DNA from: an uncultured virus (IMG/VR IMGVR_UViG_3300031963_011487)
Taxonomy: Duplodnaviria; Heunggongvirae; Uroviricota; Caudoviricetes
Length of the DNA stretch: 64,000 bases
IMG/VR virus record: IMGVR_UViG_3300031963_011487
Direction: 5' to 3' (one strand)
Shown: positions 56,321 through 64,000 of the stretch, in pieces
Numbering within the stretch: position 1 is the stretch's first letter
Layout: the number at the start of each line of letters is the position of its first letter
The notes under the pieces: model-generated
Told to the model about the DNA's origin: nothing
Databases searched by the model: none
Seen by the model: only the letters and a program-made list of their open reading frames with translations
Program-made: the position numbers and the translations under genes

Positions 56321-57362
56321 TCTCCAGAGTGTTTTTCATAACATGAAGTTTGAAAACGACGAACAGGGCATGGGATATAATTCTCGTGTCCTGTTAGTCG
56401 ATGGCCTCAATACCTTTCTACGATCTTATACAGTTGTTCCATCAATGAATGATGATGGTCATCACATTGGCGGTATGATAGGATTTTTAAAAAGTATTGG
56501 GCTTGCTATTCGTACATTCAAACCTACACGTTGTATTGTAGTGTTTGATGGAAAGGGTGGAAGTCAAAGACGGAGAAAGATTTATCCGCAGTATAAGGCA
56601 AATCGTAAACCACCAGTTCGGTTGAATCGTGCATATGATTTAACCACCGATGAACAAGAAAAAGAAAATATGAAATTTCAATTAGTATCACTGATTGAAA
56701 TGTTAGAGTGTTTACCCGTTACTATTATTGCTTTAGATAACGTAGAAGCAGATGATGTGATTGGACAGTTAAGTCAACTGGTAACTGCGGAAGGTGGTCA
56801 TAGTATTATTTATTCTACTGATAAAGATTTCTTACAACTCGTTTCCGAATCAGTTAAAGTATATAATCCTGTTAAAAAGAAAACATTTGATGTTGATGTG
56901 GTTCTAGAAGAATATGGAATACATCCGAAACATTTTTATTTTTACAGAGCACTTGACGGAGATAACAGCGATAACATTGACGGAATTAAAGGAGTGGGAC
57001 AAGCAACATTAAAGAAATATATTCCAGAAATTGTTGATCCGTCGATGGATATTAATTTACAGTTTATTGAGAACAAATATGTTGACGTTAAAAAGTTACC
57101 TAAAGTTATTAGCAATATACTTGACAATCGTGATATCGTGGAACGCAATATTCAGTTAATGAATTTACATGAAGGTATGATGTCACCTGACGCACGTATG
57201 AAAGTAGTACATAAGTTTCAAGATACCGTTACGTCATTTCATAAATATGACTTGACAAAAATGATGATGAGAACTAAGTTATTAGGTGCGTTCCCGAATT
57301 ACGATTCGTGGATTGCACAGACGTTTATTCCTCTCAATAGATTTAAGCATGACACAAACTGA
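56313..57362 (+). CDS. 5'-3' exonuclease / flap endonuclease (Pol I N-terminal / T4 RNase H-like)
   Basis: VDG.N, VFDGKG, YKANR, EADDVI, STDKDFLQ, GDNSDNIDGIKGVG. Confidence 0.92.
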   Translation: MVDLQSVFHNMKFENDEQGMGYNSRVLLVDGLNTFLRSYTVVPSMNDDGHHIGGMIGFLKSIGLAIRTFKPTRCIVVFDGKGGSQRRRKIYPQYKANRKPPVRLNRAYDLTTDEQEKENMKFQLVSLIEMLECLPVTIIALDNVEADDVIGQLSQLVTAEGGHSIIYSTDKDFLQLVSESVKVYNPVKKKTFDVDVVLEEYGIHPKHFYFYRALDGDNSDNIDGIKGVGQATLKKYIPEIVDPSMDINLQFIENKYVDVKKLPKVISNILDNRDIVERNIQLMNLHEGMMSPDARMKVVHKFQDTVTSFHKYDLTKMMMRTKLLGAFPNYDSWIAQTFIPLNRFKHDTN

Positions 57363-58734
57363 TACGACCGTAGATAATCTAGCTAAATATGGACCAACGT
57401 TTCAAGCAAAGGTATTGGCAAATTTACTTTCATCAACCGATTTCTTACAACAGTCGTTAGATGTATTAAATCCTAAATTCTTTGAAAGTGATGCGGGTCA
57501 ATGGATTGTACAAAAGACAATGGAGTATTTTACTGATTATCGTTCTACTCCTACACTGGAAGTATTTAAGATTGAACTGGATAGAATCAATGACGATGTA
57601 TTGAAGATTGCCGTCAAGGAACAATTGCGATCTGCGTTTCAACGAAAGAACGATGATGATCTAGAATATGTCAAAGATAGTTTTCTAGACTTTGCAAAGA
57701 ATCAAGCAATTAAAACTGCCATCATTAAGTCCGTTGATCTATTACAAATCGGTAGATATAGTGAAATTAAAAGTTTGGTTGATAATGCATTGAAAGCAGG
57801 ACAGCCACGAAACATTGGTCATGATTGGAAAAAGGATATTGAAATTCGTCTCGCAGGTGAATCACGTGATGTAGTTGCCACGGGATGGGATGCAATTGAT
57901 CTACTTATTGGTGGTGGACTTGCTGCTGGTGAGTTGGGTGTGATTGCGGCTCCGTCTGGTATTGGTAAGAGTTGGGCACTTGCAACGATTGGAGCCAATG
58001 CAGCACGTGCAGGAAAACGTGTGGTATACTACACATTAGAACTCAACGAAAATTATGTAGGATTACGATACGATACGATCTATACAGGAATTGAACCTGG
58101 TAATATTCCGAATAATGCAGACGCAGTTCGTAATATTGTAGAAAGTATTCCCGGTGACATTATTATCAAATACTATCCAACGAGTGCTATTACAGTACAT
58201 ACGTTACGAGCACATTTGGAAAATTTGATTTCTAGTAAGATGAAGCCCGATCTGATGATCATTGATTACGCAGATCTTATGCGTTCCACTGAACGGGTGG
58301 AAGCACGCCATCAAGAACTTGGAGAAATTTATAAAGAACTTCGTGGACTTGCGGGAGAAATGAAACTTCCCGTATGGACCGCAAGTCAAACACAACGATC
58401 CAGTATTCAAGATGAAGTCATTCAAGCAGACAAGATTGCATCATCATACGAAAAGATTATGAACGCAGATTTGGTGATTTCACTTTCTCGTAAATTGGAA
58501 GATAAAGCAAACCATACTGGACGAGCCCACGTGATGAAAAATCGGTTTGGTGCCGATGGTATTACATTACCTGTGTTTATGAATACAAGTCTTGGTAAAA
58601 TTGAAATTTATGATGAGAATTCTTCCAAGGGAATTTTATTGAAGAAACAAATGCAAGCAGGTGAGGGGATGTTAAAGAAAGCACTTGCTAAAAAGTTTTC
58701 TGAATTACACGATGATATTTTAGAAGACGAATGA
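57349..58734 (+). CDS. dnaB: replicative DNA helicase (DnaB / gp41-like)
   Basis: APSGIGKS, TLEL, IIDYADL, WTASQ, KNRFG. ATG 57349 preferred. Confidence 0.93.
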   Translation: MTQTDTTVDNLAKYGPTFQAKVLANLLSSTDFLQQSLDVLNPKFFESDAGQWIVQKTMEYFTDYRSTPTLEVFKIELDRINDDVLKIAVKEQLRSAFQRKNDDDLEYVKDSFLDFAKNQAIKTAIIKSVDLLQIGRYSEIKSLVDNALKAGQPRNIGHDWKKDIEIRLAGESRDVVATGWDAIDLLIGGGLAAGELGVIAAPSGIGKSWALATIGANAARAGKRVVYYTLELNENYVGLRYDTIYTGIEPGNIPNNADAVRNIVESIPGDIIIKYYPTSAITVHTLRAHLENLISSKMKPDLMIIDYADLMRSTERVEARHQELGEIYKELRGLAGEMKLPVWTASQTQRSSIQDEVIQADKIASSYEKIMNADLVISLSRKLEDKANHTGRAHVMKNRFGADGITLPVFMNTSLGKIEIYDENSSKGILLKKQMQAGEGMLKKALAKKFSELHDDILEDE

Positions 58735-58736
58735 TA

Positions 58737-58744
58737 TACTTATA
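58737..58744 (+). promoter_or_regulatory. possible late promoter variant TACTTATA
   Basis: 44 nt upstream of the RNR ATG. Confidence 0.35.
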
Positions 58745-58780
58745 AGAACCGACAAACCTTAACATTTTGGAGAAGTATAG

Positions 58781-60631
58781 ATGTTGTTAGAATCTAAGCT
58801 GCTGTCAGATATTACGACTTTTATGAAGTATAGTAAATATGTACCAGAAAAGCAACGCCGTGAAACATGGAACGAATTAGTAGACAGAAATAAACAAATG
58901 CATGTGGAAAAGTTTCCACATTTGGTAGAAGAAATTGAAGCAGCTTATAAATTTGTATACGACAAAAAGATTCTCCCATCTATGCGTAGTTTACAGTTTG
59001 CTGGAAAACCTATTGGTATTAATAACGCACGGTTATACAACTGCTGCTTCTTACCAATTGATCATGCGGATGCGTTTAGTGAAGTCATGTTCCTCCTTCT
59101 TTCTGGAACAGGCGTAGGATATTCCGTACAACGTCAACACGTAGAAAAACTTCCAGAAATTAATAAGCCCGTGAAGACCCGTCGTTATCTCGTCGGTGAT
59201 AGTATTGAAGGATGGGCTGATGCAGTCAAGGTGTTGATGGCTGCTTATATGAAGGGTAAGCCACTTCCACTGTATGACTTCCGTGACATTCGTCAAAAGG
59301 GTGCATTACTGTTGACGAGTGGTGGAAAGGCACCTGGTCCTGAACCCTTGAAGGATGCATTACATAATATCCAAAAGATCCTTGATCGTAAGGAAAACGG
59401 TGAACAACTGTCATCAATTGAAGTTCATGATATTTTGTGTTTTATTGCTGATGCAGTACTGTCAGGTGGTATTCGTCGTTCGGCAATGATCAGCCTTTTT
59501 GATCTTGACGATGACGATATGTTAACGTGTAAGTTCGGTAACTGGTGGGAAACCAATCCACAACGTGGTCGTGCTAACAACTCCGCAGTTATTCTTCGTC
59601 ATAAGATTGAGAAGGAAGTTTTCTTGGATCTATGGAAGAAGATTGAACGTAGTGGATCTGGCGAGCCTGGTTTCTTTTTTACTAATGATGCAAGCTGGGG
59701 ATTAAACCCGTGTGCGGAAATCTCTCTCCGTCCCTTTCAATTCTGTAACTTGACAACTATCAATGCGGGTACGGTGGATAGTCAAGAAGAATTGAATGCC
59801 CGCGCACGGGCCGCAGCTTTCATTGGCACCCTCCAAGCAAGTTATACGAACTTTCATTACTTGAGAGATATATGGAAAAAGACTACGGAACGCGAGGCAT
59901 TGATTGGCGTGAGTATGACCGGTATTGCTTCTGGTGCAGTACTCAAGTTGGACATGAAGGAAGCAGCGAACGTAGTGAAGGCAGAGAACGAACGGGTCGC
60001 AGAAATAATCGGCATCAAGAAGGCTGCCCGTACTACTACGGTAAAACCAGAAGGTACCTCTTCTCTGGTTCTTGGAACTTCTTCTGGAATACACGCTTGG
60101 CATAACGACTATTACATCCGTCGTATTCGGGTGGGGAAGAACGAAAGTATTTATTCATACCTACTTCTCAACCATCCAGAATTGTTGGAAGATGAATACT
60201 TCAAGCCACATCAACAAGCAGTTATCAGTATTCCACAACGTGCTCCAGAAGGTGCAGTTACCCGTCAAGAAACTGCATTAGATCTTCTCGGTCGTGTCAG
60301 TAAGGTGTGGAAGGATTGGGTCAAGGTTGGACATCGTAAGGGTGAAAACAAGAACAATGTCTCCGTTACGGTAACCATTAAGGATGGTGAATGGGAAGGT
60401 GTGGGCGAATGGATGTGGGTAAATAAGGAAAACTTTACAGCCCTATCAGTATTACCATATGACGGTGGCTCATACATTCAAGCACCATTTGAAGACTGTA
60501 CGAAAGAAAAGTATGAAGAATTGGTTTCACATTTACATGAAATTGATTTGAGTGAAGTTGTAGAACTTGGTGATGACACTAATCTCGCGGGTGAAGTAGC
60601 CTGTGGTGGGGGAGGTTGCGAAGTACAATGA
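58781..60631 (+). CDS. nrdJ: class II (adenosylcobalamin-dependent) ribonucleotide reductase
   Basis: RETW, YNC, GTGVG, GGIRRSA, NPCAEI, TTVKPEGTSS and C-terminal CGGGGC; no beta-subunit gene adjacent. Confidence 0.88.
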   Translation: MLLESKLLSDITTFMKYSKYVPEKQRRETWNELVDRNKQMHVEKFPHLVEEIEAAYKFVYDKKILPSMRSLQFAGKPIGINNARLYNCCFLPIDHADAFSEVMFLLLSGTGVGYSVQRQHVEKLPEINKPVKTRRYLVGDSIEGWADAVKVLMAAYMKGKPLPLYDFRDIRQKGALLLTSGGKAPGPEPLKDALHNIQKILDRKENGEQLSSIEVHDILCFIADAVLSGGIRRSAMISLFDLDDDDMLTCKFGNWWETNPQRGRANNSAVILRHKIEKEVFLDLWKKIERSGSGEPGFFFTNDASWGLNPCAEISLRPFQFCNLTTINAGTVDSQEELNARARAAAFIGTLQASYTNFHYLRDIWKKTTEREALIGVSMTGIASGAVLKLDMKEAANVVKAENERVAEIIGIKKAARTTTVKPEGTSSLVLGTSSGIHAWHNDYYIRRIRVGKNESIYSYLLLNHPELLEDEYFKPHQQAVISIPQRAPEGAVTRQETALDLLGRVSKVWKDWVKVGHRKGENKNNVSVTVTIKDGEWEGVGEWMWVNKENFTALSVLPYDGGSYIQAPFEDCTKEKYEELVSHLHEIDLSEVVELGDDTNLAGEVACGGGGCEVQ

Positions 60632-60897
60632 TTCAAGTAAAGAAATTTTCAGCTCCGTGGTGCGGACCCTGCAAGGCGCTCGCACCCGAATTTAAGAAGA
60701 TCAAAGAAATGTTTCCTGACGTTAAATTTGTAGACGTAGATGTGGAGACTGATGATAATATTGTGTCTTTATATAATGTAAGAACCGTTCCCACGGTGAT
60801 TATAGAAAAGGATAATGAAATTGTTGAACGATTAACTGGATTACACGCTAAACAAAAATATATTGATGTAATCAGTGCGTTACGAGAATCTACATGA
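60628..60897 (+). CDS. trxA: thioredoxin
   Basis: FSAPWCGPC and VPT; ATG overlaps the RNR stop. Confidence 0.92.
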   Translation: MIQVKKFSAPWCGPCKALAPEFKKIKEMFPDVKFVDVDVETDDNIVSLYNVRTVPTVIIEKDNEIVERLTGLHAKQKYIDVISALREST

Positions 60898-60907
60898 TTG
60901 ACACATT

Positions 60908-61282
60908 ATGAAGGATAAGAAGGACTCGTTAAATAAAATAGAACAAAAGGTGTTTGATTTATTAAAAAAATTACGAGTACAGTTTCAAACGCAAGTAAAA
61001 ATTGATAAATATAATGTTGACTTTTTGGTAAACGATACATATATAATAGAGTGTTATGGAGATTTTTGGCACTGCAACCCACAGAAATATAAACCCGATT
61101 ATTTCAATCGCGGAAAGAAAAAAACTGCAAGAGAAATTTGGGAACGTGATTTGGAAAGAAAGAAACGGTTTGAAGAACTTGGGTATAAGTTTATAAACTT
61201 ATGGGAATGTGATATACGCGATAACACTAAAAAAATAAAAACAAAATTAAAGAGATATCTTAATAGAGGTGGTTATGATTAA
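60908..61282 (+). CDS. Vsr / DUF559-like endonuclease
   Basis: VDF...IECYGDFWHC...WERD...LGYK...WECD. Confidence 0.75.
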   Translation: MKDKKDSLNKIEQKVFDLLKKLRVQFQTQVKIDKYNVDFLVNDTYIIECYGDFWHCNPQKYKPDYFNRGKKKTAREIWERDLERKKRFEELGYKFINLWECDIRDNTKKIKTKLKRYLNRGGYD

Positions 61283-61649
61283 AGACATTACCATGAAAGA
61301 AATAACAGAAGGATTACCTAATCCAGATAATGATATACATTTACTTATGTTTTTTGGATCTAACTGTGGACCATGTAAAGCTACTATGCCACATTACGAA
61401 GCAGTTGCAAAATTTTACACAGAAAAACAATCTCGTATAAAATTTTATAGAATTAACGCATGGGAACCGGTTGAACAGGCAACTTTTTGTAGTACTAAAC
61501 TGGGTGTTAATGGAGTCCCAACCTTCAGAGCTTATTGTAAAAGTACACAATTTTCAGAAAAGGTTGGGGGTGGAGATGAAGAGATTCTAAAAAAATATAT
61601 TAATGGTTTGATAGACGATGTATTTAACAAATTTGGAGAACGTATATAA
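61275..61649 (+). CDS. thioredoxin-like protein
   Basis: CGPC active site and GVPTF cis-Pro motif. Confidence 0.85.
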   Translation: MIKDITMKEITEGLPNPDNDIHLLMFFGSNCGPCKATMPHYEAVAKFYTEKQSRIKFYRINAWEPVEQATFCSTKLGVNGVPTFRAYCKSTQFSEKVGGGDEEILKKYINGLIDDVFNKFGERI

Positions 61650-62068
61650 TGAAAGTAAAAAGGTTACATGAGCAAGCACAACTTCCTGTAAAAGCTCACG
61701 CAGGTGATCTTGGATATGACTTGTTCTCAAACAGTCAACTCACGTTGTTGGCAGGGGAAACGAAGTTAGTTAGTACAGGCATTGCAATTCAATTTCCCGA
61801 AGGATATGGCGGACTACTACGGGATAGATCATCAGTAGCAACCAAGCGAGGATTGTTCGTCGTGGCAGGAGTAATTGATAACGGGTACACAGGAGAAATC
61901 TTAGTTGCACTTCATAACTCCAACGAGGGATTTCAAACCATCTATAAAGGTGATAAGATTGCACAACTCTTGTTGATTCCTACGGTTGATTTTCCCGTCG
62001 AAGAAGTTGAGGAAATATCTTCTAGTGATGGACGAAACGCAAATGGATTCGGCAGCACAGGGACTTGA
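61649..62068 (+). CDS. dut: trimeric dUTPase
   Basis: GYDL, RSS, GVIDNGYTGEI, KIAQL, RNANGFGSTG. Confidence 0.95.
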   Translation: MKVKRLHEQAQLPVKAHAGDLGYDLFSNSQLTLLAGETKLVSTGIAIQFPEGYGGLLRDRSSVATKRGLFVVAGVIDNGYTGEILVALHNSNEGFQTIYKGDKIAQLLLIPTVDFPVEEVEEISSSDGRNANGFGSTGT

Positions 62069-62085
62069 TCTTCAAGTCCCTTTGT
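62059..62085 (+). terminator. hairpin at the dut stop, overlapping a possible polB promoter
   Basis: AGGGACTTGA-tct-TCAAGTCCCT then TTGT. TTGATC (62065)-N17-TATATT (62088) overlaps it. Confidence 0.6.
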
Positions 62086-62120
62086 TGTATATTATATGAT
62101 GGACCCTGTAACGAGATAAT

Positions 62121-64000
62121 ATGGCATATCAAAACATTTATATTGATTCACAATCAGATGAACAAACTGCATATATTTGGGACGATAAACGGGGATTAAT
62201 TACCTTACCGTTATCGGATTTTAATTATGCATATGTAAAAGATCCCACGGGAAAATATTTAAGTATGACAGGTGTACGTTTGAGTAAGACTCGCAGGTTT
62301 ACTCGCGGGCATCCCAACGTATTTGAGAGTGATCTACCACGGGAAACTCGTATCCTAACTGATCTATACTTGTACGAAGACACGCCGTCAGAAGGAAATA
62401 TTGTATTGTTTTTTGACATTGAGGTGTCGATGACAAACGGTATTCCAGACATTCACAAACCAAATAATGAAATTACCTCTATCGCACTCTATGATCCAAC
62501 GATAAAAAAATATACGGTATTGGTATTAGACACCGCAGAATTGTATGACAACAAATCCGTTGGTGATGCGGAAATCATTTTCTGTGCAAGTGAAGTGGAA
62601 CTACTGCATGCTTTTATTACGGTGTATGAACAGATCCAACCCACGATTATTACGGGATGGAACAGCAATGGATTCGACGTACCCTATCTGTATAACAGAG
62701 TACGGCAAGTGTGCGGACAATCGATTGCAAATAAACTCAGTCCTATTGGAAAGGTTAAATATTCTGAACGATTGGAACGGTATGCCATTGCTGGCGTGAG
62801 TTCGTTGGATTATCTGGATCTGTATAAGAAGTTTACGTATACGCAGCAACCAAATTATCGACTAGATACGATTGGTCGGTTGGAAGTGAACATGGGGAAG
62901 GTACCCTACGAAGGTTCTCTTGATCAACTGTTCCGTGACGATCTGGAAAAGTTTATTGAATATAACTTACAAGACGTGCGTATTATTGTCGAGATGGATA
63001 GAAAGCTCAAGTTGATTGAGTTGGTGCGTGGTATCTGCCATATCGGGCATGTGCCGTATGAAGATTATCCCATGTCATCACGTTTCCTTGAAGGCACCAT
63101 CGTTACCTATCTTCACCGTAAGGGAATTATCGTTACAGATAAACCACAGTCGAATAAAGAGAAATCGGAAAACACGGGAGATGAGGACGGTAGTTTTACT
63201 GGTGCGTATGTAAAAGATCCTGTGCCTGGATTGTATGAATGGATTTATTCACTGGACTTACAATCACTGTACCCATCGATCATCATGAGTTTGAATATCT
63301 CGCCAGAAACCAAGGTGGGCTACGTAAAGAATTGGGATCTTGAGCAACATTTAAAGAAACAAATTGTTGCGTACGTAATTCAAGAAAAAGATAATGATAC
63401 GACGATGGAGTTGGGATATGACGCCTTCAACGAATTTATGCAAGAGAACAACCTATCCATTAGTTCCAACGGCGTCATTTATAATAATGATAAGAAAGGT
63501 ATCATTCCCGAAGTACTTGAGACATGGTTTGCCCAACGTGTGGAATACAAGAATACCATGAAGAAGTATATCAATGAAGGCAACAAGGAGATGGCAGAAT
63601 ATTATGACCGTCGTCAACATATTCAAAAGATTTTCTTGAACTCGTTGTATGGTGTATTGGGGTTGTCCGTATTCCGTTTCTATGACGTAGACAATGCAGC
63701 AGCAGTTACCTTGTCCGGTCAAGATGTGATTAAAACCAGTGCCAAGTTTCTGAATCTCAAGTATGAAAAAATTACGGGTGATAAGAAAGATCACTGTGTT
63801 TACGTAGATACCGATTCCTTGTACTTTCCTGCGGGACCATTGGTTGAGGGTGCCGACGATACGTTGAAAGCAACAATTGATCTTGCATATGGCGTAGAAA
63901 AAGAGTTAAACAGATTTTATGACTCTATGGCAAAACGATTATTTAATGTGAGTACGCACAGATTCCATATCAAGGGTGAATCCGTTGCTCGTACAGGATT
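62121..64000 (+). CDS. family B DNA polymerase, 3' partial (absent from the ORF track because it has no stop in the window)
   Basis: Translated by hand from ATG 62121 (MAYQNIY). ExoI FDIEV, ExoII GWNSNGFDVPY, ExoIII YNLQD, motif A DLQSLYPS, motif B KIFLNSLYG, motif C YVDTDS. Confidence 0.95.
   Translation, partial: MAYQNIYIDSQSDEQTAYIWDDKRGLITLPLSDFNYAYVKDPTGKYLSMTGVRLSKTRRFTRGHPNVFESDLPRETRILTDLYLYEDTPSEGNIVLFFDIEVSMTNGIPDIHKPNNEITSIALYDPTIKKYTVLVLDTAELYDNKSVGDAEIIFCASEVELLHAFITVYEQIQPTIITGWNSNGFDVPYLYNRVRQVCGQSIANKLSPIGKVKYSERLERYAIAGVSSLDYLDLYKKFTYTQQPNYRLDTIGRLEVNMGKVPYEGSLDQLFRDDLEKFIEYNLQDVRIIVEMDRKLKLIELVRGICHIGHVPYEDYPMSSRFLEGTIVTYLHRKGIIVTDKPQSNKEKSENTGDEDGSFTGAYVKDPVPGLYEWIYSLDLQSLYPSIIMSLNISPETKVGYVKNWDLEQHLKKQIVAYVIQEKDNDTTMELGYDAFNEFMQENNLSISSNGVIYNNDKKGIIPEVLETWFAQRVEYKNTMKKYINEGNKEMAEYYDRRQHIQKIFLNSLYGVLGLSVFRFYDVDNAAAVTLSGQDVIKTSAKFLNLKYEKITGDKKDHCVYVDTDSLYFPAGPLVEGADDTLKATIDLAYGVEKELNRFYDSMAKRLFNVSTHRFHIKGESVARTG

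Noticed and set aside
1419..63794. Many minus-strand and nested short ORFs in the track (e.g. 4693-5214, 35509-35925, 36205-36729, 41634-42161)
   Set aside because: They are shadows of long + strand genes, often mirroring Thr/Ser/Pro repeats as Val/Gly-rich text, and show no recognisable motifs.
1..64000. Alternative genetic code (stop codon reassignment)
   Set aside because: Genes are full length under the standard code. TAG (9613, 31507), TGA and TAA all occur as ends at plausible gene boundaries.
54952..64000. Inteins or introns in RecA, DnaB, RNR or PolB
   Set aside because: Lengths and motif spacing look ordinary and no splice-junction signatures were seen.
1..64000. tRNA, rRNA, integrase or transposase genes
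   Set aside because: Intergenic gaps are short and none showed a cloverleaf by eye; no recombinase or transposase motifs were recognised. A tRNA scan was not run.

Overview
This 64 kb window comes from a large contractile-tailed (myovirus-like) dsDNA phage. All credible genes are on the + strand and the standard genetic code fits. Layout: (1) 1-4.1 kb tail completion, sheath and tube genes; (2) 4.2-23 kb a long array of Ser/Thr/Gly-rich fibre or decoration proteins built from shared modules, including a LamG lectin and a 7-repeat beta-propeller; (3) 23.1-33.9 kb an 8-gene glycan cassette with two GT60-like GlcNAc transferases, GDP-fucose synthase, two GT2/GT7-like enzymes, a GT10 fucosyltransferase, an HtrL-carbamoyltransferase fusion and a methyltransferase-HtrL-GT fusion; (4) 33.9-38.6 kb late genes including a 1017-aa mucin-like Thr/Pro protein; (5) a SNF2 helicase, a tail assembly chaperone with a probable +1 frameshift, tape measure and baseplate genes, one carrying an M15 peptidase; (6) a replication and nucleotide module with a divergent PolA-like gene, UDP-glucose dehydrogenase, gp32-like SSB, RecA, 5'-3' exonuclease, DnaB, class II RNR, two thioredoxins, a Vsr-like nuclease, dUTPase and a family B DNA polymerase that runs off the window and is absent from the supplied ORF track. 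The best candidate for an undescribed system is a phage-encoded mucin-type O-glycosylation pathway sitting next to its likely mucin-like substrate. Two promoter classes are visible: a TANTTATW motif before structural genes, and sigma70-like TTGACA-N17-TAnnnT promoters before the glycan and replication genes. All family calls come from reading motifs by eye; no database searches were run.
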